Positions 48,589-61,617 of a stretch of 64,000 nucleotides of DNA are shown piece by piece. The notes under the pieces were generated by a model. The model searched no databases. It had not been told where the DNA came from and saw nothing but the letters and a program-made list of their open reading frames with translations. A program made the position numbers and the translations under genes. The first letter of the stretch is position 1. Every line of letters begins with the position of its first letter. The stretch is from Azolla caroliniana. Taxonomy: Eukaryota > Plantae > Polypodiophyta. Location: the NCBI GenBank assembly GCA_043228905.1, contig JBHGNT010000005.1, forward strand, positions 17,670,001 through 17,734,000. The letters are read 5' to 3'.

Positions 48589-51500
48589 CGGATGGAGACC
48601 AAGGTGCTGGACAACGGTTCAGCCTATGCAAGGGTCAAGAGCCAGGACAGGCGTCACTCGGTCCAGTTCCTAACGATGCGACCAAACCACAAGTGTTACC
48701 GCGAGGCCCTCGGCAACGAGACCCGAGGGGAGTTTTAGAGAGGGTTGTCAAGGCGTGGGGCCACGATAGTCCGGACTCCCGGGAACAACCCCACAAATGT
48801 ATAGTACAGAAGAAGACTTGTACCATGGGTAGGAAGTTTTGGTTCTCCGACAACGGAGGTTGTACTATAACCGGCGTCAGCGGCCGGGAGAGGAAGCGAG
48901 CGGAGGAGCGGCTCAAGGGATGCGGAGTCCTCTTCCCCGACGAAGACATCAGCGGCGCCGTGGAGGCGGTCTCCTTTGACGACACCTTGGGTGAACTACG
49001 AAAGGTGATCAGTGAAGACCTTAGAGAAGACCGGACCGTTCCGGTAGGATCGATGGGAATGTACGAAGTCATCGCGAACTTCAGGGAAAGGATCGGGTCG
49101 GATCGGACGGCCTGCGTGGATACGAAATACAAGACTGTGGACCGGAAGGTGAGGCTAGTCGCGGCACCCTTGCCGGAGGGCAGCGAGGAGCAGATAAAAG
49201 GGGTCGCGTCGGACCCAAGTTTACGGAATCCGGCTGGCATAGGGCACCGGTTCACCGACATAACACTATGGGAGCTCAAGGTCAGTGGGGGCGGCTTCCT
49301 ACTGCCGGCGGAGGAGGACCGGTTTCGGAGAATGCTCGGGAGGCACGGGAAGGCTTTCGCATTCTCACCGGAGGAGATCAGGTGCGTAGACCCGACAGTT
49401 CTCGAACCAATGGTGATCTTCACGGTACCGCATGTACCGTGGAATCTCAAGCCGATTCCGGTGCCAAGAGCTCACATCCCGAAGTTGATGGAGCTCCTAA
49501 AGCAAAAGGTGGAGATGGGCATCCTCGAACCGTCGAGTGCCCCGTATTCGAATCGGTGGTTTACGGTGCCGAAGAAGAACGACACGCTGCGCTTCATCCA
49601 GGACCTACAACCGGTCAACAAGGTGACCATCCATAATGCAGGGATCGGACCGACCATAGACGAGTTTGCGGAGGCCTTCGCTGGAAGGTCGATCTATTCT
49701 GTCGGTGATCTGTACTCGGGGTACGATCAGTTCCAACTAGCTGTGGAGAGCAGAGACATTACGACGATGCGGACTCCTCTTGGCCTGGTGCGGATGTGTA
49801 CCCTGCCACAAGGAGGGACGAACTCAGTGGCTCACATGGTGAACGCGATGAACAAAGTGCTCAGGGATTGTATCCCGGACATCACCATGCCGTTCTTAGA
49901 CGACATCCCGATCAAGGGATGCCCGGTGGAGAAAAGGGACGAGGCAATCGGGCCGGACGGATGTCGGAATTTCGTGGCGTCCCACATCGATGACTGCGAG
50001 AAGGTGCTGCAGAGACTAGAGCGTGCAAGGCTCACCTTCTCCGGGGAAAAGTCGGCCTTCGGATAGTCGGAAATCTTGGTGGTCGGACACCTGTGCGGGC
50101 CTTATGGTAGAAAACCGTCTCCGGCAAAGGTAGAGGCCATCTCCGTGATGAGGAACGTTTGCGGGTCGGTCACGGAGGTCCGCAGATTCTTGGGGGCATG
50201 CTCGTTCTACCACATCTGGATCCCGCACTACGCACATGTAGCGGAACCCCTCTATGGACTATTGAAAAAGGGGCATACCTTTAAGTGGAGGACGGAGCAC
50301 ACGGAGTCGGTTCGGAGACTAAACGAGGTGCTTACGGCAGCGCCGGCTCTCCGTAAAGTGGTTTACGGCAAGGATGTTCCCATCTGCGTAACGGTGGACA
50401 CCAGCCCGACCGGGATCGGGTGGGTAATCAGTCAGGAGGACAAGGGCGGCGTACGATTCCCGATCCGGTTCGGGGCGAAGGTATTGAGCGAGCAGTAGCG
50501 AGGGTGCGCCCAAGTTGAGCGCGAACTTTGGGGTGTCGTTTCGGCGGTCAAGGCCGACAAGGATTATTTGATCGGGACGGAGGTGATTATCGAGACGGAC
50601 TCCCTACCGATACTCGGCATGGTTTCCGGATGCGCGACGCCGAACCTAGCAATGCTCCGGTGGATAGCGTACATTAAGTCCCTGAACCCGGAGATACGGC
50701 ACATCTCCGGAAAGGACAACGCCATGGCCGACATGCTTTCGAGGGCAAGGTTCAACGACGAAGACGGCATGGTTTCGGAAGACGAAGAAGTCGGCGAGGA
50801 CTTCTTCAGGTCGGTTAACGTAACGACAAGGAAAGGGAACACTCCGGCGCTTAACGAATTTGACGAAAGCAGGTACGACAGGGAGTGGCTCCAAATCGGG
50901 AGGTTCCTACGGACGATGACGTCGGACGCAACATGGGCGAGAGAGGAGGCGAGCCAAATACGGAGGAAGGAGTACCGATTCTTCCTGCGGGACGGGTGCA
51001 TATGGAGGCACCCAAAGAAGAGAAGCGGCATTCCACTCCGAGTAGTGGCAAAGAAAGAAGAACAGGGGAAACTACTGACAGCATTTCACGAGAGCCCCTG
51101 GGCCGGACACCGCGGAACGTGGGCCACTTTCGAGAAGCTGAAGGAGAAGTACTAGTGGTCGGGGCAGTACCAGGACGTGCATCGGTTCGTAACGACTTGC
51201 GAGAGCTGTCAGATGCACTCCGTAGTCCGGCACCGGGACGAGCTACACCCGACCTACCCGCCTACGGTCCATTTCAAGTGGATGGTGGACTTGGTGACGA
51301 TGCCGATGGGGGTAGGACAGATGCGATACCTGGTGCTTGCACGGGAAGACTAACAAACCAGGTGGAAGGCCGTGCACTGCAAAACAAGACAACCGCGGTG
51401 GTATGCCGGTTCCTGATCGAAGAAGTAGTGTGTCGGTACGGGTGCGTCGGGAGGATCGTGGCGGACCGGGGAGAGCTGGATGCGCGAGAGGCCGAGGAGA

Positions 51501-52222
51501 TGTTCGACCGGCTAGGCGTCAAACTCTCCCTCACCACAGCGTACAATCCGGAGGCGAACGGAAAGGTGGAACGTGGGCACGGACCGATTGTGAAGGCATT
51601 GGTGCGTGCATGCGGTGGGCAGGTCGGGAATTGGCCGCGACTCCTTCCTTACGCGCTATGGGCAGACCGGACTACGCACAGTTCGGTGATAGGGTTTATG
51701 CTGGCGGAGCTAATGTACGGACAAAAGCCGATCATGCCAGTGGAACAGACGGTTTCTTCGTGGGCGGCGGTAGATTGGAAGGACGAAATGAACTGGAAGG
51801 AGTTGCTGGCGGCGCGGATTCGGCAACTCGAGCGGAGGCCGGAGGACGTGATACAGGCGAAGGAAAAGTTGCGAGCGGCGAGGGAGCGGAACAAGACCCG
51901 GTTCAACCGGACGCACCGGTTGCGACCAAAGAAGATCGAGGAAGGCGATTGGGTCTTGGTATACGACAGCAGCCTCGAGAATCAGCACAAGGCGGTGCGA
52001 AAGTTTGCTAGGAGATGGTTCGGGCCCTACATGGTGACGAGCGCGAACGGCAACGGCACGTACCACCTCGCAAAACTCGACAGGACACGGTTAGCAGTGC
52101 CGGTGGCCGGAAAGCGGATCAAAGCTTTCAAAAAGCGGTTCGAAGACGAGCCGGAGCCTACGAGCCGGAGCAACAACAACGATCAGTTCGGGTCCGGCGG
52201 AGAACCGGAGAGCAACGAGTGA
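48589..52222 (+). pseudogene. Gypsy C pol (RT-RH-INT)
   Basis: ORFs 48531-50066, 50076-50498, 50568-51155 and 50885-52222, separated by stops and a frameshift. Confidence 0.9.
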
Positions 52223-52814
52223 GGCCGGGCTTCTTCGATATCTACCCGTCTCTGGCGCATACCGGTGGATGCGCGGTTTGGTGGGGGTGGATGTCATGAA
52301 GAAAACCGGCCATAAGCGGAATCGGAGTGAAAGCGCGTAGACCGGCCCCTACACGGATGGACGCGTGACTGGATACTTTGTACGCGAACCGGTGGATGTG
52401 ACTACTAAGCCACACGCATTTATTAGAAGGGGATTGTGCATATCCCAAAGGGGGACAAGGAATAAAAGGCAAGAGGGGAAGAGGAAAGGGGATATCGCGC
52501 ACGAGGAGGTTGAAGGAGGTTGCTGCAGAACAGAAGGCGGAGCTCTCTCTCCTCGACTCGAATCGTCGCTCTCCGCGGGTGTCGAGAGGTCGCTGCCTCT
52601 GCTTCGTGGATAGCCCGTGTGCTTCCAGTAGAGTCGCTCCACTTCCCCTTTTGTTTCTTTGAGTCGGTGACTGTCGTCGGTGTGGGTGAGTAGGGTCCCC
52701 ATGTCGGGCCCGTCGCCACTTTGTCGGTTGTAACTGTCGGAGTTTGTAATCTCTGTCATTATAATTAAGCGTTACGTTCTGTTTCTCTCTTTCTCGCTTC
52801 GACGTGTCGGTGAA

Positions 52815-52885
<71 letters not shown>

Positions 52886-55356
52886 CCTCGGTCCAAGACC
52901 CCCGTGGTCCCGCCCCTTTCTACACATACGCGCGTAACAACGCGACAACGCTCACCAAATGGGAGTTAGAGAAGAAGATAATGAACTCTGAGTCGACCGG
53001 TAAGGAAAAATTTCAATTTGATGAAATGCAGTTCCAACCGGCAAGAAGCCGGTTAACACTCGATGAACCGACCGGTGACGGTGAGGAGACAAAACCGGCC
53101 GAAGAAGAAGGAATAGGTGAAACCAAAACCGGACAAGACCCCGAATCAGATTCGGATGAAGAGCAAATAGAGGGGCCGGTTACTGAAGCCCAAGGATGCA
53201 GATATCCTCTCAGAGAGAGAAGGACCCCCCAGAGATTTCCGGATCCAGAGCACGTGTTGCTAACTGATGAGGGAGAGCCAGAAAGCTTCGAGGAAGCTAA
53301 AAGTGACGCCCATGGCCACAGATGGTTAAGTGCCATGCAGGATGAGATGGATTCCCTGCATGAGAGCCATACGTACAAATTGGTGGAGTTGTCGAAAGGA
53401 AAGTGGGCACTCCGAAACAAGTGGGTGTACAAGTTGAAACCGGGAGATGCCAGCAACCCCCCGAGATACAAAGCCAAGATTGTGGTGAAGAGGTTCCAGC
53501 AGAAGAAGGACATGGACTTCGACGAGATATTTGCCTCGGTAGTAAAGATGACTTCCATCCGGACGGTGTTAAGCATAGCGGCAAGCATGGACCTCGAGGT
53601 AGAGTAGTTAGACGTGAAGACGGCATTTCTTCACGGTGACCTCGAAGAGGAGATCTACATGCAGCAACCAGAAGGATTCATGGAGAAAGGGAAGGAGCAC
53701 CTGGTTTGCAGGTTGAAGAAGAGCCTATACAGACTGAAGCAGGCTCCCTGACAATGGTACCGGAAGTTCGACTCCTTCATGACCGACCAAGGGTATCACA
53801 AAACGCAAACCAATCATTGCGTGTTTGTGAAGAAGCTCGAAGGAGGCGACTTCCTGATACTCCTTCTATACGTGGACGACATATTGATCGTCGGACGGGA
53901 CCAAGCCAAAATACGGATGTTGAAGAAGGCTCTCAACCAAACTTTCTCAATGAAAGACTTGGGCCCGGCAAGACTGATACTGGGGATGCACATCATCCGG
54001 GACCGGTCAAAGAAGCAATTGTGGTTGTCATAGGAGAAATATGTGACAAAGGTGCTTCAGAGGTTCAACATGTTAGAAGCGAAACCGGTCGGATCGACAC
54101 TCCCGGCAAACTGCAGATTATCCGGTAAGCAAAGCCCGAAGACGAAAGCAGAAAAGGCGGATATGATGAAGGTTCCATATGCCTCTGCCGTCGAGAGCTT
54201 AATGTACGCAATGGTGTGTACTCGACCGGATATTGGATACGCAGTCAGAGTGGTGAGCCGGTTTATGAGCAATCCCGGCAAGGAGCACTGGAATGCGGTC
54301 AAATGGATACTCTGGTACCTGAAGGGCACTTCGAATATGTGTCTCCGATTCGGCTCCGGTAAACCTCAACTTGATAGTTTTACCGATTCGGATATGTCGG
54401 CTGATGTGGATACCAGCCGGTCTACATCCGGGTATGTAATGACATATGCAGGGGGAGCTGTTTTGTGGCAATCGAGGCTGCAGAACACGGTTGCGTTGTC
54501 AACTACGGAGGCAGAGTACATGGCGGTTGTTGAAGCCAACAAGGAAATATTATGGATGAAGGACTTCATCCGAGAGCTAGGTATCCGGCAAGATGAATAT
54601 CGGCTCTATTGCGACAACCAAAGTGCCATCCACCTTGCTAAGAATGCAGCGTACCATTCCAGGACGAAGCACATCCAACCTAGGTATCACTGGATCCGGG
54701 AGCAAGTAGAAGATCGAGAGTTCACGCTGACGAAGATCCACACGGCCGAGAACGGGTCAGATATGCTGACCAAAGTATTGATACCCGACAAGTTGGATGC
54801 ATGTCAGAAGCAGATCGGACTAATAAGACATCCCATGCCGAAGTGAAGGGGAAGGTTGTTAGGAAACAGGTCCCTCCTGATGGGAAGTGAGAAGAACCGT
54901 GTTGATGAGCGACTCGGCCGAGGCCGAATCCGGAAATCATGGAGATAGCCAACACGGAAGGCTAAACTTGTAAATAGTCGAAAGGTATATAAGTACTTAG
55001 GGCAATCATGTTAGTAGTGTGTGTTGTTGTAAAAGTTATTGTTGACGAGGTTGTTGCCTCCGAAAACTGTGAGAGTGAACGAGTGTGAATGGAAGCGTGT
55101 GAGCTCCATAGCCGCCTATTGGCGAAGCAGGATCTCGAGGTCATTGCCTCTGAGATCTCTGATTGTATTCCTTTCTCTCATAGTGTTCTGTTCGGAGTTT
55201 GTGGACTCCACGTGATTTTTCCCAGTTCGAGTTTCCACGCTAAAATCTGTGTCATTCTCAATTTCTGTATTCTGTTCCTTTTTTTTTCCATTAGATCGAC
55301 TATTATTCCGCACACGTACAACCGGTTGTGGCCAGCAACGATTTTTTTTAACTTCA

Positions 55357-58300
55357 CTATCCTCTCCCTCCACATGAATGACCAACATGTGCAAAGAGTT
55401 GTCATTGACGGCGAGTCGGGAGTCAACGTGATCAATGAGGCCACTTGCCGTAACCTCGGCATCTTGTATTGGGCCCGTTGCACCTTCCATCTCCACATGG
55501 CAGATACTAGTGCAATGAAGCCATTGGGGTTGCTCAAAGACCTCCCTATCATGGTAGGCGGCGAAACATTCCAAATCTCCACAGTGGTGTTGTGCCTGGC
55601 CGATAACATTCGATATCCTCTCCTCCTTGGATGACCATTGCTTCATGCGGCCCTGATCAAGCAAGATTGGCCAAATAATCACCTCAAGATCTGCCGCAAT
55701 GGCCATAAAATCTGTGTCAATACAATCGCTACCCTTACACCGCCGCAAGCAATCACTCTAGTGTGTGGCGAAACAGTCAACATGCTTGATGGCATGACGG
55801 AAGAGACATGACAGGGCTCAACCCACAGTTTTATCACCACAAAATTTCTTTGAAAGGCGATGCAAGGCCCGTTTAGCAACGCCGATATAGAATGAACCCT
55901 AATTATGCCAAAAAGGTCAAGGAAGAAATAAACAAACTTCTCGGCGCGGAGTTCATTCGGCCAGTTAAGATGGCCACGTGGCTAAGCCCAATCGTGGTAA
56001 TCCCGAAGAACGGGAAAATTTGAGTATGCGTCGATTATAGGAAGCTAAACACAAATACAATCACCGATTCTTTCCCACTCCCTTTCACGGACTTCATTCT
56101 CGACACCGTTGCAGGCCACGAACTCTACAGTTTCATGGATGGATTCAACGGCTATAACCAAATTCGTATGGCCCCAAAGAGGACGAAGACAAAATAGCCT
56201 TTGTCACATATTGGGAGTGTATGTCGTCGTGGTCATGATGTTTGGCCTCAAGACTTCGGGTTTATGCAGGTATTCCTAGATGACTTCGCGATCTTTGGTT
56301 CCAAAGGCGAGCACCTTGTGCATCTCGATAAATGGTTCCAATGTTGTCGCAACAGCCTGCTCCGCCTTAACCCCTTGAAGTGTGTGTTTGCGGTATCCAA
56401 CGGCATGTTTCTTGGGCATATCATCAACCAACATGGCATCACCATTGACCCAAGTAAAGTCCAAGCAATCCTTGCGGCCCCACCTCCAACCAACGCCAAG
56501 GACCTCATGCGGTTCCTTGGACAAGTGCGTTGGCACGGTAGGGTCTTGCAAGCCCTCTCCATGCAGTTGTCCACCGTACACCGTTTCATTGGACTACAAC
56601 CAAACAAGAGCCATTTAACACCCTCAACATGCTCCTTTCCTATGCCCTTATAGTGTAACCACCACGTTGGGACAAGTCGTTCCATGTATTCGTGGATGCC
56701 TCGGATATTGCAATCGATAGCATCTTGATGCAGATGTCTCAACCCCGTTGGTTCCAACCAATATTGTACGCAAGCCGATGTCTTTCCTTGGCCGAACGCA
56801 ACTACTCAACAATAGAACGTGGAGCCCTGGGTCTTATTTTTATTGTAACCAAGTTCCAGCACTACTTGCTCGGGCAAAGATTCATGTTTCGCGTGCACCA
56901 CGCCACATTGCTCTACATCGTGGCTAAGAGCTCATTGACCGGTAAAATGGCCCTATGTGCACTAATCCTTCAGGAATTCGAGTTTGACGTCATTCATTGA
57001 CCCGGTGCGCAGCATGCCATTGTGAATTACCTCTCTTGGCTCGAATCCGGCGAAGGGGGGGGTGGAGGTCCTAGATGACCTTCTTGACTCCTCCATCCTC
57101 CATGTCACCATCATCCCTATTGTACCCGACGACCCTAATTACGGGTTGGACAACATGGACTTCTAGTTGGCTAATAGGGTGTCGCCGCCACACCTCTCCA
57201 GTGATGAGCGGAAACAATTGGCAGCACGCAGCCATAATTTTCAATTGTTGGACGACATCCTCTACTTTCTCCCGGCAGATGGTATTTGGCGTAGGGCAAT
57301 CCGTCACCACGAAATAACCATTATTCTCACTGCATGCCACACCGGGATAACAGACGGTCACTACGCAGGGGGCATCACCACCCACAAGGTCTGGGAAAGC
57401 AGCCTTTGTTGGCCAACAGTCAGTCATGATGCCGCGGCCTTCGCCAAGGCTTGCGACGCCTATCAACTCATTGGCCAACCGCATGAATCGGCTCGTATAC
57501 CAAAATGCCCCGTGTTACCACTTGAGCCGTTCCAGAAGTGGGGTTTGGATTTCAAGGGTCCATTCAAACCCCCAATCACACAAACCGGTAACGTGTACAT
57601 CCTCATGGCAAGGGACTACTGCACCAAGTGGGTCCAAGCAAAGGCCTTGTGCAATAACACGGCAAAATCGACCATGAAAGTTTTATACGAGTGCATATGG
57701 TGTCGGTTCAGTTGCCCAATTGAACTAGTTAGCGACCAAGGGCCTCATTTCATTAATGATGTTGTTGCCAACCTTACCTCCCACTATGCAGTCGTGCATC
57801 AAAGGAGTACATCGTACTATCCCCAAGCAAACAAATTAACGGAGAGCACGAATAAGATACTCCAAAGCATTCTCCGCAAAATCGTCAACGAGCATCTTAC
57901 GGATTGGGACCGCAAATTCCAATTCGCACTCTGGGTATACCGTACCAGTTACAAGACAAGCATTGGCTCCACACCATTCTACCTCGCATACGGCTTGGAA
58001 GTCTTCATGCCCATTCAGTTCAAGGTTCCCAATCTACGCATTCAAGTGCAAGAGCATTTGCTGGAAGATGAATTGCGGATCGCGCGGGCAGAACAGTTAC
58101 TCTGCTTAGACGACAAGAGATTCCATAGTGAGCGAAGACTAGAATGGGAACAGTTGCAGTGCAAGACCTTCGTGACCGCCATGGCCACCGCAATGCAGCA
58201 ACTTTGCAGGTGGGAACACGCGCCCTTGTTTTCTCCACACGCTCCGGTCTTATGCGGGGGAAACTCAAATTGCGGTGGTCGAGGCCGTTTCGGATCATCA

Positions 58301-58378
58301 ATGCGCGTGCAGGCGCATTTCAGCTTGGCACCTTAGATGGCCATGTCCTACCGGCGTGGGTGAATGGTTTTAGGCTCA
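55357..58378 (+). pseudogene. Gypsy B pol (PR-RT-RH-INT)
   Basis: Motifs VIDGESGVNV, VFLDDF, DASDIAI, WGLDFKGPF, VSDQG, WVNGFRL. Confidence 0.88.
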
Positions 58379-61320
58379 AGAATGAAAAGAAAGACCTTAT
58401 GCAGCAAACTAGTTTCGTTCAAGAATGAGCTCATCAGTGCAAAGGTCTATTACAAGATGGGTGTAGCTTTATATAAGGTGGGGGAGGTGGGAGAGGGAGA
58501 GGGAGAGAGGAGAAATAAGAGTTAGTGATGGGAGAGAGAAGAAGGGGGTAATGGTAGGTAGTTGAATGATACAAAGTAAGTGGTGGTGGGTTAAGAAGAG
58601 TGGAGGGTTATAAGTATGTGTATGCTAAGTAATAAGTGGGGGTGGGCTATGAAAAGTGGGAGATTATGGTAAGTAATAAGTGGGGGGTTATAAGTAAGTA
58701 AATGTGTAGTGTTAAGTAAGAGATTTTGGGGATGACCTTTTATATTTAGTTTTGACCAAAAAAGAGTGAATGGACTTGGACTTAGTCCAACACACAAAAG
58801 GTCTAGGTATCTGAGATAGTTTGGGATCTAAGAGTAAATCCTCGTGGAGGTTTTTTAGCATGTCGTGAATTCCTATCTTAGGGGTATCTCGTGTATATCT
58901 AAGTTTGAAGATAACGGGTAGAAGAGTACTTTTGGGTTTCCTACTATATATTAGTGATTTCCTAACCCTAAAGGGGACATTTTTATAATTCTCTTTTATG
59001 AAAGAAGGGGGATATCCTCTCGTAATTAGTCTAGTAAAAAATAGTTTTTTCATTCAACGGAAACCTAAAGGAGTGCTTTCTCTAATTAGGTATCGTTTTA
59101 GTTCATTAATAATAAAATGTCTTTTTAAATGAAGGGGGTGTTCTGACGAGAATGGGAGATATTGGTAAGCATTTTGGGGCTTTTGGTAGCAATTAAAGGA
59201 GAATTTTGAGTTTTCTAGGTTAATCCATAAGTCTAGGAAGGGTAATCTAGAGGGGGAAGTGGTGATGGTAAGTTTGATACAATTATTAGTAGAGGTATTA
59301 TAGAATTGAAGGTAATTTTCTAACTCGAGTTTAGTACCCATCCATATTCCGAAAGCGTCATCTATATATCTAGTGAAAAAGCAAAGATTTGGGTGTGGTG
59401 GTTGCGAATTATCTAAGTGAGCTAAGAAAAGGCAAGCATATACTACAGAAAATTTACTACCCATGGTTGTACCCTTTATTTGTTGATAAATTACGTCGTC
59501 AAAAGAGAGAAAGTGATATTCTAATGTGAGTGCACTAAGTGTATAAATAAGGTTAGTTTTAGAAGTCGAAAAATGGGGGGTAATGATTTTTCGTAAGGAT
59601 TCTAGACCTAGCTTAGGGGGGATGCTAGGATATAAGGATTCAACATCAAAGGTAAAGATAAAGCTATTAGGGGGTGGTTTAAGATGTTCTAGAGTTTGGA
59701 TAAGGGAGTGTCAGTCTTTCAATTATTGTTTTTGAAGGAGAAGGATTGGCATGAATTGGTGGTGAAGCCATTTAGATGTTTGTTCAAAAAGAGAGTTATT
59801 ATATGAACAAATAGGTCTAAAGCCCATTGGGTTCTTGTGGAGTTTGGGGAGGAAGTAGAGATTGCATACTTGGTATCTTGTTGAGGGCTTATGTAGTATG
59901 TAGTTGGCTTCTATGGCGGATAAGGTACCTAGATGGTTGTTAACAATCTTTTTAAGTCTATATGATAACTCTTCAAGTGGATAGTGAGAAACTACTCTAT
60001 AGGTATTAGAATCAGAAAGGTGTTCTACAGCTTTGTTATAGTATGTGTCTTTGTTAAGAACACAAACTCCAACGTTTTTATCCGCGGGTAAAATTATGAT
60101 TCTATTGTTATTTTTAAGAGATTGTAAGGCTTGTAATAAGTGGAGTGGAATCCTAGTGGGTTTTAATTTGAGTGTATGAAGTGTATTACTAAAGAGAGTT
60201 TGATGTTTAACTATAATGTTTTCTAGGGGTATGTATTTAGTAGGGGGTTGCCAACTAGGGTTAGGTAGTTTAAAGGGATTTAGGGGGGAATTATCCTCAT
60301 CTTTGAAAAAGTGTTTAAGTCGGAGGGTCCTACTAAGGCTATCAAATTCTTTAAGTAGGATAAGAGGTGGAGGTGGGGAAGATGGGAGGATGTGTTTCAA
60401 AGCTAGGTTGAGGAGTTGTGTCTCGTGTTTGGAGAGGGTATAATCAGAGTGATTGTGTATCCTACTATTAATTACAGGTTTCCTGAGGGGAGTCCAAAAT
60501 TTGGTTCGTGGTTTTTTAGTATTTGACTTTTTAGTGTGTGATTTAGTGTAAGGGGAGAAGGGGAAACGAGAGTTTGTTCTACCTAGCCACATGTAGGTAT
60601 CACAAGTTAAGGGGGGCCTATCTAGTATATAAAAGAGACGCTTACAAGGGTGCAAGGCGTGCTTAAAACGTTTACTAATTCGTTTAGCACGCCTCGCTAC
60701 CCATTTTTTGGTCTACATGTATATGACCGAGTTTTAGTTTGGGGGTGAGGGGGGGGTTTGTAAGAGCTATGGGGGTTTGATTTATTATATGGGTGTGTGG
60801 TAGGGGCAAATGAGTTAGAATTAGGAAAAAGGGGAGGGGTATTATATGTAAATAGGGAGGGGTTATTTTTCAAATTATGTGAGAAAAAGGGGGGGGGGGG
60901 GGGCGGGGGGCGTGCATGTGTGGAATTATTAAGAAAGGAGAGGGAGTGTGTGAAGATATTAGGGGGGGAGGGGGTTGTGTTAGAAATAGCGGGAGGGGTA
61001 AGACCAGAATTATACAAAGTGTTGGGGGGAAAATATGGATGGGGATCATTACAAAAAGGGGGAAGGGGGTTAGGTTGGGGAATATTAGAAAGTAACGGAG
61101 GGGTATACAAGGAATTTGCAGAAAATGTGGGAGGGTTTTGAGAGTGAAAGGGGTGTGGGTGTAGTGGCCATGAATAAGGAAAGGGGGATGGGTTATGCTG
61201 CCCTATTGTAGGAGGAGGGAAAGAAAATTGAGGGGCAAAGGAGGAGGGATGAGAGGCTTTGAGGGGCTCAGTATACAAAGGAGGGCTGGAGAGCAAGGGG
61301 GGAAGGTGAGAATGGGGGAG
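58375..61320 (-). mobile_element. Penelope-like retroelement, no GIY-YIG domain visible
   Basis: PLE-type RT motifs PADKN, LPKLHK, RPIC, RYIDD, LPFLDL, YQKP...YLPFSSEHP, RGYP. The ORF ends at 58712; the N-terminus is Pro-rich. Ends approximate. Confidence 0.85.
58392..58448 (-). ncRNA. Minimal type I hammerhead ribozyme
   Basis: AGACCTT-T-GCA-CTGATGA-GCTCA-TTCT-TGAAC-GAAA-CTAG-TT-TGC-TGCAT-AAGGTCT. Both core boxes are intact, stem III is the palindrome CTAG, stem I is bulged, stem II has one mismatch. Confidence 0.8.
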
Positions 61321-61571
61321 GTCGACGCCTCTATAGTCGATTATATGCGCCGAGTCGAGAACACCGCCGCCCGTCTTTAGCTTTAATCCATCGTGTTGTT
61401 GGTGTCATTGCCGCCGCCGCCGTTTCCGTAGCCATTGCCGCCACCACCACCAAAAAGTTGTGACGGTCGATGATGGAGATCCTGTGGTGGATGATGACTG
61501 TTGCAACTTTGGACAGTTCTTTATTTCATGAATTGTTTTACGTTTTGCTAAATCACCGCATATCAAGCGTT

Positions 61572-61616
61572 TGTAGGTTCGGCCGTGCATTTTTGCACTA
61601 TCCCATAGGCATGCCA
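61572..61616 (+). other. tRNA-3'-half-like motif at the PPT position of Gypsy B
   Basis: TGTAGGTTCGG-CCGTGCATTTTTGCACT-ATCCCATAGGCATGCCA, then G, then the LTR TG. Confidence 0.7.
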
Positions 61617-61617
61617 G

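Larger units (their letters stand above)
41361..52947 (+). mobile_element. Gypsy C: tRNA-Trp-primed Gypsy (Phygy-like, tentative)
   Basis: LTRs 41361-42044 and 52292-52947 with (CT)n. 4-bp TSD ACGC. PBS TGGTGAACCCGACGTGAA at 42049. PPT GGTGGGGGTGGA. RT DLYSGYDQ and FLDD; INT ANGKVERGH, RWFGPY. Confidence 0.93.
38691..55356 (+). mobile_element. Copia 2: older relative of Copia 1/3
   Basis: LTRs 38691-39189 and 54857-55356. TSD CTATC. PBS TGGTATCAGAGC at 39193. Coding 39219-41360 and 52948-54846 with stop codons. Confidence 0.95.

Noticed and set aside
61572-61616. A true tRNA gene
   Set aside because: No D-arm, anticodon arm or 5' acceptor strand is identifiable, the T-loop is interrupted, and CCA is encoded.
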